Assembly (NCBI GenBank): GCA_053919585.1
Contig: CM132801.1
Source of the DNA: Euprymna scolopes
Taxonomy: Eukaryota
Reading direction: 5' to 3' (one strand)
Length of the DNA stretch: 64,000 nt
Positions within the stretch are counted from its first letter, which is position 1, and each line of letters opens with the position of its first letter. The translations under genes and the position numbers were made by a program. Below the pieces are notes generated by a model, which ran no database searches, was not told the origin of the DNA, and saw only the letters and a list, made by a program, of their open reading frames with translations. Below, in pieces: positions 41,444 to 53,894 of the stretch.

Positions 41444-43790
41444 TTTTTTTTATTGCATTTTTACCCCAAACAAGGCACATTGCCCCTTTGTTGTAGGGGG
41501 CTACTATTAGGTACATAAGCATCAGGGGTGTGTGTAGGGAGTTGGGCAGGGAAATCTGGGTTCACATTACACTTGAACTTCTGCATGTCAGTACAGTTGG
41601 GGAACCAGGGACCAGGAAGGGAATTCCAAAATCTAGCGGTTCTGGGGGAGAAACTACTGGAGTAGAAGGCTCTCTTACATCTAATGATCTCTACCGTGAA
41701 GGGGTGGGATTTAGCTACTTGTCGGGTGTGTCGGTGGCATTTACGTCGAGGGGGCACAAGTGCTTGAAGAACAGGCAGAGACATGCAACATTTTGTCGAT
41801 GGGATAGAGGCTGAAGTTTTGATGACAGTTTAGGAGCTATCAGATTGGCGACTCTCTTTTGAACCTTGTCTAGGAACGAGAAACTAATGGCAGATGCACC
41901 AGCCCAAATATGACAACAATACTCCATACATGGGCAAATGGTGGCCTTATAGAGATACAGGACACTTTCGGGCGTTAATAGCTTTCTAGCATGGTAGAGA
42001 GAACCAATCTTCTTCGCAGCGGTCCTGGCAATGTTCTCAATGTAATTCTTCTAAGTCATGTTTCCTGTGAGCGTTAGGCTGAGGAGTTTAAAAGATGCAC
42101 TTTCAGATAAAGAGTCATTGGTCATTGCTATTTGAGGTAGAGAAGGTTTCTTGTAATTATTGAAGGAAACAAGTTTAGTCTTGGCAGCATTGAATGTGAC
42201 CACCTCTTTTTGTCCCTATTCCACTATGGGTCGGAGGTCATCCTCTAGTGTTTCTGCCATTTCTTTAGATATGTGTTCATTTGTTTTCCTGTCGTGTTTG
42301 TTATAGAGTGTGGGGTCGTCAGCAAATATACCCATCTTACAGAAATTTTGTCAGGGTGGGCATTTATTACATAATGAATAGCAGAGGTCAGAGGATAGAC
42401 CCCTGAGGCACTACAGCATTTATATCATATTATTTAGATATACGACCGGCAAGGACAACCTGGAATATTCTGTTTTCTACGAAGGATGTAATTATGTTAT
42501 CTATTCTTCCAGTGATCTGATTTTCTTGAGACAACCCTCCTGCCATACTGTGTCGAAAACCTTAGATACATCTAGAGCTACCCCTCTACCCTCCCCCGCA
42601 TTGGGCAATGAATGGTATATACGTTCTGATATTACAGTTAGGATGTCTTCTGTGGAACGGGCTTGCCTAAATCACTATTGTTGGTCAGTAAGAAGTTTAG
42701 CATCTGTAAGGGGATGGACTAGAGCTTGGTTTATTATGGTCTCAAATATTTTGGCGAAAAGTGGGAGGAGGCTAATAGGGAATTTATTTAATGGGTCAGT
42801 TCGTTCTCCAGAATTCTTGAAAAGTCCTACTACAGAAGCAGTTTTTCGGCAGGCAGGAAAGCAAGATTCATTAAGACATTTGTTGGAAAGTTTGGAGAGG
42901 ACTGGAACTACTTCGGCGGCGCATTTTGTAATAGAAAAGCCGGGATGAGATCTGATGCACATGCTTTTGCAGTGTCAAGATTACTTATGATAGCATGATC
43001 CTGAGGAGAGGTGATTTTCAGATCGTCTTGTGTGGCGTCTGTCCGCAATGGAAAGTCAAGAAGGGGGTGGTTAGCAGGGTCCAGTGTTGAGTTGGAGGCA
43101 AACCGACTGGCAAGCATGTTAGACTTCTAAGTTGCAGAGGAAACAACCTCATGATTGCGAGATAGTAGGGGAATTGTGGATTGGTCATTATTTACTACAC
43201 TGCTGTTGGTTTTCCGGATGTCGCGGGTTCTTATTTCTGTGCTTCGATGCGTTTTTTGGTGATCTCAGTAAATTTTCTCTTAGCTGTCGCTATTTCTTCG
43301 TTACAGTTATTTCTGGCTTCTATATACGTCTGTCTGTTTGATATTGACTCATGTCGTTTAAATTTGCGGTACTCATGCTGCCTTTGCGCTATGGCAGCTG
43401 CACAAATAGAAGTAAACCATTGGGGAGAGTAGGGTTTGCTATAGAATTTGAGCGTGGGAACATGTGCTTCAATTGCCGCTTTGAACCATTTAGTTGTCTC
43501 ATTTGTGCAGGAAGTGAAAACATATGTTTCCATGGAGTGCCCCTAAGGAGATCCCTGATGGTTTCCGAGTCAGTTTTTTTTTATAATATCACATTGTGTT
43601 GAGCAGTGGCTCTTCAGTTTTGGCTTTAAAGTTTTGGTCGATTTCTACCATTACCACTGAATGGTCGGCGTCCCCTAGAGGGGCGTGGACATTCGTTACA
43701 CAGTCGCCGGTAACTGTGGTCAGAAACAGATATAGAAGTGATGCGTGTTGTTCTTGCTCGTCTGGGAAACTGGTTGGAAACGTAACCATC
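41444..43790 (-). mobile_element. CR1-like LINE family B, degenerate, inserted in the 54-bp satellite
   Basis: MVTFPTSFPD, PISLLP, FADD and MEYCCHIW motifs, plus the family B 3' UTR. Confidence 0.92.
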
Positions 43791-43799
43791 ATAATTGAA

Positions 43800-44435
43800 C
43801 ACATCTCTTTCAATCCCGGGTTGCGCCGGGTATCATGCTAGTGTATAATTGCAACCTATTCAATCCCATCTGATTCCGGGCACTCTGCTTGTATATACTT
43901 CCACCTATCAAATTCTAGCCAGGCAATGCCGGGTATTCTGCTAGTATATATTTCCACCTCTCTCATTTAATCCCGAACGGCGCCTGGTAATCTGCTAGTA
44001 TATATTTCCATCTATCTCATTACATCACAGGCAATGCTAGGTATTCTGCTAGTATATTTTTGACAATCTTATTTAATCCCTAGCGAGTCTGGGTATTCTG
44101 CTAGTATATATTTCCATTAATTTCATTCAATCACGGGCTNNNNNNNNNNNNNNNNNNNNNNNNNNNNNNNNNNNNNNNNNNNNNNNNNNNNNNNNNNNNN
44201 NNNNNNNNNNNNNNNNNNNNNNNNNNNNNNNNNNNNNNNNNNNNNNNNNNNNNNNNNNNNNNNNNNNNNNNNNNNNNNNNGGGCGATGCCGGATCTTCTG
44301 CTTGAATATATTTCCACGTAATCGATTCAATCCCGGGCGACATCGGGTACTTGGCTGGTACATTTTCTAACATATCACATTCAATCCAGGGTGACACATG
44401 GTATTCTGCTCGTGTATATCTCCATCAATATAATC
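43800..44435 (+). repeat. 54-bp satellite, right block (contains an N block)
   Basis: Same unit as 40140-41443. Confidence 0.88.
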
Positions 44436-44454
44436 CAATCCAAAACTAAATATT

Positions 44455-44827
44455 GCACTGTTAATGACCAACCTCATTGCTGCTTAACTTAAATGACCTA
44501 CATAAAGCATTTCGTATACCTAAGTAGTCACCAATCTGATAAAAACCAAGCTTATTGTTTCTTAACTACATAAATCATTTGGTAATCCCAAGTAGTCACT
44601 CATATGATAATGACCAGGCTACATGTTACTTAACTTTGGTGATCTACATAAAGGATTTGGTAATACCAGTAGCCACCTTTCTAATAATAGCCAAGCCCCG
44701 TGTTGCTAAACTTTAATGAGTAAAATAAAGCCTTTTAGGGGTTTCAAGTATTCACCTATCAGATAATGACAATGCTCAATATTGCTTACGTTTGGTGATC
44801 TAAATAAAATAATTTGGTATTCCCAAG
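44455..44827 (+). repeat. ~77-bp satellite, left block
   Basis: Unit tctgataatgacc..tgttgcttaactttggtgatctacataaagcatttggtattcccaagtagtcacc. Confidence 0.85.
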
Positions 44828-46293
44828 TTTTTTTAAATTTTTTTTTTATTCAATTTTCTCCCCAAACAAGTCACAGTGCCACTTTGAAGCAGGGGGCTAC
44901 TATCAGTGACTTAATTAGCGGGGTCATTATGAAGGGAGATGAGTAGAAAGATGTTTGTTAACATTACACTTGAACTTCTGCATATCATTGCAGTTGGGAA
45001 AGCAGAATCCCGGAAGGGAGTTCCAAAGACCCGCAGTTCTGGGGAAGAAACTATTGGAGTAAAAGGCTTTCTTGCACCTAGGGATCTCTACTGTAAAGAG
45101 ATGAGACTTAGTAGCTTGTTGGGTTTGTCGGGGGTAGTTACGTCGGGGAGGTACAAGTGTTTGCAGTTCGTCAGAGCATTCACCATTGAAGTATTTGTAG
45201 AACAGGCAGACGGATGCAACATCTCGTCGATGGGACAGAGGCTGAAGCCTAGATGACAGTTCAGGACCTATCAGGTTGGCGACTCTCTTTTGAACCCTGT
45301 CCAGGAGCGAGAGACAAGAAGCAAATACACCAGCCCAGATGTGACAACAGTACTCCATACATGGGCGAATGGTTGCCTTATAGAGGTATAGGATACTGTC
45401 AGGCGTAAGTAGTTTTCTAGCACGGTAGAGGGAGCCAACCTTCCTTGCAGCAGCCTTGGCAATGCTCTCAATGTATCTATTCCAGTTTATATTCCCTGTA
45501 AACGTTAGGCCGAGGAGTTTAAAAGTACTTTCAGGTAATGTGTTCTTGGCCGTTGCTATTGGTGGTAGAGAAGGCTTCTTGTAGTTATTGAAGGAAACAA
45601 GCTTAGTCTTTGCAGCATTGAATGTGACCAACCATTTTTGTCCCCACTCCACTACGGATTGGAGGTCATCCTCTAGTGTTTCTGCCATTTCCTTGGATAT
45701 GTGTTCATTTGTTTTCCCCTCATATCTGTTATAGAGAGTGGTGTCATCGGCAAATATACCCCTCTCCGAAACAATTTTATCAGGGAGGTCGTTTATGAAT
45801 ATCAGGAATAATAGAGGTCAAATGATAGACCCCTGAGGCACTCCCGCATTTATGTCGTATTGTTTGGATGTACGACCGTCGAGGACAACTTTGATTTTTC
45901 TATTACTTAAGAAGGATTTAATTACATTATGAATTCTTCCAGTGATTCCATATGATCTAATTTTCCTTAGAAGACCATCGTGCCATACCCCGTCAAAACA
46001 CTTAGATATATCGAGGGACACCGCTCTACCCTCCCCTGTTTTGTCCAATGAACGGTATATACGTTCAGAAACTACAGTTAAGATATCTGCTGTTGAACGG
46101 GCTTGCCTGAATCCATATTGTTTGTCAGTCAGCAGTTTGGCAGCTGTTAGGTGCTGGACTAGGGCTTGATTAACTAAGGACTCAAATATTGTGGCGGAAA
46201 GCGGGAGGAGGCTAATGGGGCGATAATTTAGTGGGTCAGTTCTTTCACCAGAATTCTTGAAGACTGGTACCACAGAGGCGGTTTTCCAGCAGT
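44828..46293 (-). mobile_element. CR1-like LINE family B, 5'-truncated, inserted in the 77-bp satellite
   Basis: ORFs 45818-46273 and 44927-45688; very similar to 21505-22950. Confidence 0.93.
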
Positions 46294-46294
46294 A

Positions 46295-47095
46295 AAGTTG
46301 TCAACCATCTGATAATGACGAGGTTACATGTTGCTTAACTTTTGTGATCTACATAAAGAATGTGGTATTCCCTAGTAGTTACTCGTTTGATAAAGACCAG
46401 GCTAATTGTTACTTAACTTTGGTGATCTACATTAAGCATTTCGTATTCCTAAGTAGGCCCCCATCTGATAATGATCAAAACAATGTTGCTTTACTTTAGT
46501 GATCTATATAAAGCATTTGGTATTCCCAATTGCTTTCTCATCTGATAATGACTAAGCTAATTGTTGCTTAACTTTGATGATATACATAAATGAGTTGGTA
46601 TTCCAAAGTAGTCACACACCTGATAATGACCAATGCAATGTTGCTTAACATTTGTGATTTATATAAAGCATTTGGTATTCCCAAGTAGTCATCTATCTGA
46701 TAATGACCAAGACAATGTTGCTTAACTTTGGTTATCTACATAAAGCATTTTGTATTCCCCAGTAGTTACCCATCTGATAATGACCCAGTTGATTGTTGCT
46801 TTACTTTGGTGATTTACATTAAGCATTTTGTATTTCCAAGTAGTCACCTATATGATAATGACCAAACTTCATGTTGCTTAACTTTCGTGATCTACATAAA
46901 GCATTTCCTAATCCAAAGTAGTCATCTATCTGAGAATAACCAACCTCATTGTTGCTTTACTTTGGTGTTTTTCATAAAGCATTTGGTATTCCAATGTAGT
47001 CACCCATTTGATAATGCCCAGACTCCATGTTGCTTAACTTTAGTGATCAACATAAACCATTTGGTATTCCTAAGGAGTAACCCATCTGATAATTT
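46295..47095 (+). repeat. ~77-bp satellite, right block
   Basis: (t)ctgataa recurs at about 46464, 46541, 46619, 46696 and 46773. Confidence 0.92.
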
Positions 47096-47624
47096 TTACT
47101 AATTATCACTTCAGGCACTGATTTCTAATAAGATTGCTACTTTCATTTGTCACATATCACCGTGTCAGGCCTAATTGTTCTATTTACTAGGTACGCACCA
47201 TGAAAATTTGCTGAGAATACGCAATATCGTGTGATTTTCCTCAACTGTTCTCTCTGGTACATGCTCTCAGGACTTTATGTAAATATTCAAGTTTTTTACG
47301 GATCGTTTCGTCAAAATAATACACACTCCATTGTGTCACATTGCATATAATTGCAAGGTTGCTCATGTCTACCTATGAGTGTGCAAACAGCGGGTGGCGA
47401 CACCTGAAAAAAAAAAGTTGTTTAGTTTTTTGTTTAGATTCTAGGGACGGTTTTCGCTAATAATTGTGGACTCCTGCTTTATTCAGCGTATATATCATCA
47501 ATGAAGAGTAATTGAGAATGGTTGACCTCTTTGAAGATTCGCTTTTTGATACTAATATTGTATCATTATATTGACTGCCAGATTGCGTTTGCACATACAA
47601 GATCCTTCTGACTCCTGGAAACAT

Positions 47625-48290
47625 ATATAATATAAATATCACCTGTCTGTTTAAATGTATCGATGTACGTTTCTATGTTTGTCTTAAACTTTCGACAGAG
47701 TCGATGGATTTTCACCCAATCGGTATCTATTTAAGACACGACACTTCGGACGACAAATATCGAAGAATTGGCTAAAAACATTAATTTATCCACCCTTATC
47801 TGGGCAATTACCTACAGGGAGGGGTCGCTTTTTTCGTTGATATTTTCGAAAGGCATTCCCTCTTTTCAATTGACTAGCCTTAATATAAATCTTCACCACT
47901 TCCGGGTTGGCGATGGACCCAACGGCAATTATTTTACGTTATTTTCCTCCTTCGCGGTATGGGTTCCAGCTTGCCTGCCTACTACCACTTTTTGTGCTCA
48001 ACACACACCTCCAAACATCCAGAAAACGCCGGGCATCCAGACTATTCTATTATATAAATCTCACGTGTCTGTATGTATGTTTGTATTTCTCGCAAAAAGC
48101 TTTGACAGAAACGACAGATTTTCAGGAGATCTGTATCTTTTTGAAGCTCACCATTTCGGACAAAAAATCTCGAAAAGCTGGCTAAAGACATATATTCCTT
48201 AAACCTCAACTGCGCAATATTTTACAAGGCGGGGCCGCTTTTCGCCCATATTTTCGAAAGTCATCCACACTTCCCGATTGACTAGCTTCA
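47625..48290 (+). mobile_element. Two head-to-tail non-autonomous Helitron-like units (second truncated)
   Basis: The second unit starts tctattatataaatc..tgtctgtatgtatgtttgt (~48046). The first ends acgccgggcatccagactatt. Both are homologous to 32095-32465. Confidence 0.55.
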
Positions 48291-48875
48291 GTTGTGACAT
48301 TGAAAACTATTTAGAAATACGAAATACGTGTATGTGTCTGACTATGTAAGTATAGTGTCGATATGGTGTGGAAGAGATTTGCATATAATGCTTCCGTGGC
48401 ATTGAAAAGTAGTGAAAGTGGTTCCATAAAACAACAGACTACGAAAGAACTGGATTCTTTGTAAAAACGAAAATGTAATTTGTTCGCGTGCTGGAATATC
48501 ACCAAACGAAGCCACCGGCGTTTTTGAAGTACTGTTCGTGATATGTAATGTTAATAAGCATCTATTATAAAACGTAGAAAGCGAACATGAAAGAAAATGC
48601 TGAGAAAATGAGAAAAATATTGTTTCAAATTAGTTTTTTGGTGGAATCGATTTTTACCTTTGTGTTGAAATCCAATCATATTCAGACCACTTGAATAAAT
48701 ATCAATAACCAATATAACTGTGTTAGCGATACCACATCATTTATGTAGACTTTGTTACACACACACACACATAATCACACACACACGCACACACAACACA
48801 CACAACACACACAACACACACATATATAATTATATAGATTGATACATAGATATTTATCTAAGGGTTCGTGTATCT

Positions 48876-48942
<67 letters not shown>

Positions 48943-49308
48943 GAATATCGCAGAAATTTTATACGAAACACGAAATGACAAAAAAAAGAAAGTGACAATT
49001 TAAAACTTCTGTGAACTGGTATATCCAGTTATTAAGTATACACAACTATTAACGTGTTAAAGTGCGAAAAACTGATAAAAACGAAACCTGCTTCGCCCCC
49101 CCCCACATACAAAGCATATTGGCGGTTGCTATTACCAGTTGGGATTCTGTCTTATTCTTTTAAAACTGGACCTCAATTTTGACAAAAAAAATTCCTAAAT
49201 CTCAATTCCCGTTATCTTAAATCTCGAGTCTGTAGAATGAAAATTGAATTATTTGGTCGGAAAATGTACACATACTAACACACACAGTTTCCCTTATATA
49301 TTATTATA

Positions 49309-49372
<64 letters not shown>

Positions 49373-49469
49373 TTTATTTACTCACATAAAATGAAAATAC
49401 GAAAGTATACATTTATGCGTAAACTTTAAGTATTTACTTCAAAATGCTCAATACGTAGGTAGAGCTAGT

Positions 49470-49638
49470 TAGTAGGTTATAAAATATATATGGCGATTAA
49501 GCTACACTGAATATTCCGCGTTTCATTCACTCTAGGAGCCTTCAGGCTTATGCGCCTGCGCATAAGCCTTAAGAGTCCTAGAGTGGATGAAACGCGGAAT
49601 ATTCTGTATAGCTAAATCGCGATATATATTTTATAACT

Positions 49639-49643
<5 letters not shown>
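49470..49643. repeat. 174-bp palindrome made of two head-to-head degenerate hammerhead ribozymes
   Basis: Consensus of the two arms is uaagc CUGAAGA GUCC uagagu GGAU GAAA CGCGGAAUAUUCUGUG UA^ gcuua. Each arm has one core mutation. Confidence 0.75.
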
Positions 49644-49690
<47 letters not shown>

Positions 49691-49750
49691 TTTCTTTACA
49701 TAAGCAATGGCTTCTTGCTAGTCAGTCATGAGCATGTTTCGGTTTACTTC

Positions 49751-49828
49751 GGTTTGTTGCTACACATACATGATCATGTTTCGGTTTACTAGTATTTACT
49801 AACTAGATACCTCATCAGGCAACAAACC
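49751..49828 (-). ncRNA. Type I hammerhead ribozyme with an intact core
   Basis: GGUUUGUUGC CUGAUGA GGU..ACC GAAA CAUG aucaugua UGUG UA^ GCAACAAACC, with a perfect 10-bp stem I. Confidence 0.85.
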
Positions 49829-49927
49829 TTATCTGCGAAAACGAAATTCTAAATTCTTGATCTGCGAGGAACAAACCTCATCTGCGAATACGAAATACTA
49901 AATTCTTGATCTACTTTTCGAAAATGA

Positions 49928-50004
49928 GGGTTATTGCCTGATAGGGTGCTATATAAGTAAATACTTGTAGACCGAAACATGCTCATGCCTGTGTAGCAAC
50001 AAAC
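49928..50004 (+). ncRNA. Degenerate inverted copy of the 49751-49828 hammerhead
   Basis: ggguuauugc CUGAUAG GGU..ACC GAAA caugcucaugccugug UA gcaacaaac; the core is mutated. Confidence 0.65.
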
Positions 50005-50127
50005 TATTGCTTATGTAAAGACAAATCTAACATGTAACTTGCTCTACTTCTGTATTGAGCACTCTTGTATAAACCTCGTTATATTTCACTGATTAACCTA
50101 CCTTTGGAAAAGAGCAATCTGAAATTG

Positions 50128-50206
<79 letters not shown>

Positions 50207-50208
<2 letters not shown>

Positions 50209-50748
50209 CTCACGTTATCGCCACTTTGGTATAAGGGCCACTATTTGGACCATGCCGAATAAATCTTTACAAAATATTGGTTTACGTTTTATTCAAATCC
50301 TGCATACCTGTAAGGTCAGGGAAGTAGGTAGCAGGAAGAGAATTCCAATGCCAAGCTGTCGAGAGCAGATTTGAGTAGAAAGCTTTCTATCATTTATCGA
50401 CCACAACAGTGAAGTGTATGATTTTGTTGCATCTAGGGATATGTACGTCGACGGTCCATAAATGCGACGGGTTCACCAGATCAGATTTCATTAAAATATT
50501 TGTGTACAGGCACAACGATGCAACAATGAGACGATGAGACAGGTATTGGAGGTTACTTGACAATGTATTACCTATTATATCAGTATTTTTACCTATCAAA
50601 AACGGAGAGACAAGTGCTAGATGCACGAGCCCAGATGTGACAACAATGCTCGATGCATGAGAGAATTGTTGCCTGGTAGAGGGATATAATACTCTCAGGT
50701 ATAAGTAGGTTTCTAGCACCATAGAGGGAGCTCACCTTCTTTGCAGCA
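50207..50748 (-). mobile_element. Highly diverged CR1-like LINE 3' fragment
   Basis: AAKKVSSLYGARNL-like, CCHIWA and LQYLSHR..VASLCLY remnants. Confidence 0.8.
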
Positions 50749-51841
50749 GGGTAAACTTTACATTTTCACATTTAAAAAAAATAGAAATAAAGGTGTCTGT
50801 GTACCTGGAGCATACACGTTTATTTCTGCGCATGCGCTAATAGAAAAAACAAGCAACTTTATTCTTTTTAGTTTTGTTAAGGTATTGATTTAAGTCACAA
50901 AATAAAATAGGAGGCTTAAAAGCTACACGTTTTGGTTTAGCGGATAACAAAAAACACATTGTTATTACTTTTAAAATGAGTACTATAGGTTATGTACAAT
51001 ATAGTCATAAGAAGAGACTTGCCTTTATAATAACTACGTAATCTGTACAATATTACAGGGTAGAACTATAAAGTTGTGGCCCTAAAGAAAACACTACAAT
51101 TTTATTTTAAAACATTATTAAGAAAATCAATTAAGTTAAAGTGTTTATATATCAAGACGATCTCTATGTTCTATTATAAGAGTGAGGGTTTCATCCTTCA
51201 CTGAAGTTGCATAAAAATATTATCTGATGGTGTAGTATTATCTTAACGTTAATCAAAACTACGTTATAGATAGTCTTTAAAATAAAGTGACGTAACATGA
51301 TTATACTACGGAATAAATTCTGAAACCCTTTCCGTTGTGAACTGCAGAATAGAAATTACGAAAATTGTTCAGAAGTAACTGTATAATATTCTAAAGGAAA
51401 GAAATTGTTTTTCATTTGAACACGTGCAATTTAAACACAAGAATATATCTCCGGGGAAATGCCGTAAAGTTTTTGATATTTTTTTAAAGTTTATTTATTT
51501 ACTATTAAAATATTAAATATAAGAAAGCTAAAATGATACGTGTTTTTTTATTTAAAATATATATTGATATTTCACACAAATATTTATAGGCGTTTTATAG
51601 TTATTATAATGAATTATTGTTTTATTTTGAACGTTTTCTTTTTTAACACCTTGTTTTGTAGACACAAACTTCTAAAAATTATTTTTTCTTCCAACACCAA
51701 AAGAGTTTCTTGCGCGATCCTCGTGTATAAAAAAAATACATGGGTCCGTTTAGTTAATATGTATGCTTATATCTAGCGTATTTGTTTTGTCTGAGATAAC
51801 AACCCATGTTATAAACTACATTGCGTATGTAACACACATAC

Positions 51842-51894
<53 letters not shown>

Positions 51895-53054
51895 AAAACT
51901 GAATGGGTGTGTGCTGTATACCCATAGGTTTCAATATGGTTTCATACACTATTGCCTGCATACTATAATAGAATATATATCTTGCAGCAAAACTCGCTAT
52001 GCTACATTTTGAAGAGCGGTGTGATATTAAGATTGTCGGTTCTGTGTACGCGCCCGGTCCCCAAAGAATTAAAATAACAAACAAACCAAGAATGTTGTAA
52101 GGGTTTTTGATATATACTACTTTGATGAGTATGATTCACCTTTAACAGAGATAGCATAATAAAATTGTTAGATCTGCGTTCGCGCCTGGCACCCGATACA
52201 AAATAAATAGTCTACAAACTATAACAAAGAGATTGATATCTGTTCGTGTAATTATACTTTGATAACTATGGTTTAGTTTAAAGAAATATAATATAATAAA
52301 ATTATGGGGTCTTCGTTCGCGCCTTATCACAAAAGAATGGATGTATGTCACAAAATTAACAAGAATACTGTGATAAATGTGTTCTAGTTTGAATGGATGT
52401 TGTATAATATAATAAGGTGGTCTACCGGGTTTCATAGAATGTTTATTTAAATTTTATTTTTACTAAAAATTAGTTTATTAAAAATAAGTTGTTTCTGAGT
52501 TATGTTCAAACCAATTTAATAAGCCGAATTATAATTTTACCAATATTTAAATAAAACTGGTTAACAACAAATTTGTTTCTGCGTTCTGATGTTCTGAATC
52601 CAGAATTTGTTTTGCTCAATCAGCTCAAGTTTGAAATATAACACCTTGTTCTTTTGTTTTTGTTTTCATGTACGCCTGTGTGGAGCATTTTAGAAGAAGT
52701 TGGTAAAATGTCATGCGGAATACGTTTTTTTTTTTACATTTGGGTTTGGTTATTTTATAAAAAAATTGATCTGCCGTTTTCAATATTTTTTTTATTTTTT
52801 TATTTTAACTTTTGCATGTTAAAATTTGCACCTAGAACATTTTAGTAAGTATGTTAAAATCTGGACAAAAGAACATTTTAGTAAGTAGAATGGAAATATG
52901 TCACAAAGTTGTTTTTTAAATATAGATCGAGATAAGTATATTCTGATAACTGTGTTTCAGTTTGAACAGGTGTGATATAATAAAATAATATGGGGTATCT
53001 TGCTTTAAAAGAATGGTTTAATTTCTTTTTGCTAATATATAGTTTAAGGAAACA

Positions 53055-53372
53055 TGTTTTTTATTACATTTTCACCCCAAACAAGGCAAATTACAACTTT
53101 GGTGTAGGGGCTACTATTAGGGGCAACAACTACTGGGGTACTATGTAGGGATTTGGGCAGCAAGATGTCGGTTCACGTTACATTGAACTGCTGCACGTCA
53201 ATACTGCTGGGGAAGTAGGGACCTGGAATTGAATTCCAAAGTCTAGCGGTTCTGGGGAAGAAACTATTGAAGTAGAAATATCTTTTATATCTAGGGATCT
53301 CTACAACGTGGGGGTGGGATTTAGCAGCCTGTCTGGTTTGTCGAGGGTGCTCACGTCATGGGGGCACAAGTG
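53055..53372 (-). mobile_element. CR1-like LINE family B short 3' end
   Basis: ttacattttcaccccaaacaaggca..; similar to 26337-26590 and 41455-41760. Confidence 0.9.
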
Positions 53373-53894
53373 ATTGTCTCCTATGTATAATTATCTGATT
53401 GCAGAAATTCCCCTTTGGATCAAATTACGGGTTGCAACAGCTGCCACTTACAAATTTATATTTACACGTTTACTCAGCATCTTATGTAACTTTTCAATGC
53501 CGTTACGGACACATTTATTCATTATAATAAAAGTATATTATACTTCCTAGGAGCGACATCATCACGATTCCCATGATAAATATACGAAAGAGTTCGTATT
53601 TTCCTCTCTACTTGAAAAGTTCACCCACTCTCACAGTAAAAACCGGGTAAGTATATAACCATTATAACTATATTGACATGGCACCCTCATTAACTGGATG
53701 AAACATTCAGTAACCTAAAACTGCAATTGCACTTTACTATTCGGAAATAACGATATTTCCCCAATAACATTCCGCCTGATCTCATTGGTTGCGACCATGA
53801 AATTCTATTATTCCGGCTTGTGCACTAACGTACAAAAAAAACGAGCGCCGCAGCACTTAATCAATATGGCTGATAATTTGGCACGCATTGTTTT

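Noticed and set aside
40140-47095. CRISPR-like regular arrays
   Set aside because: Units are homologous over their whole length with no unique spacers, there are no cas genes, and the context is eukaryotic.
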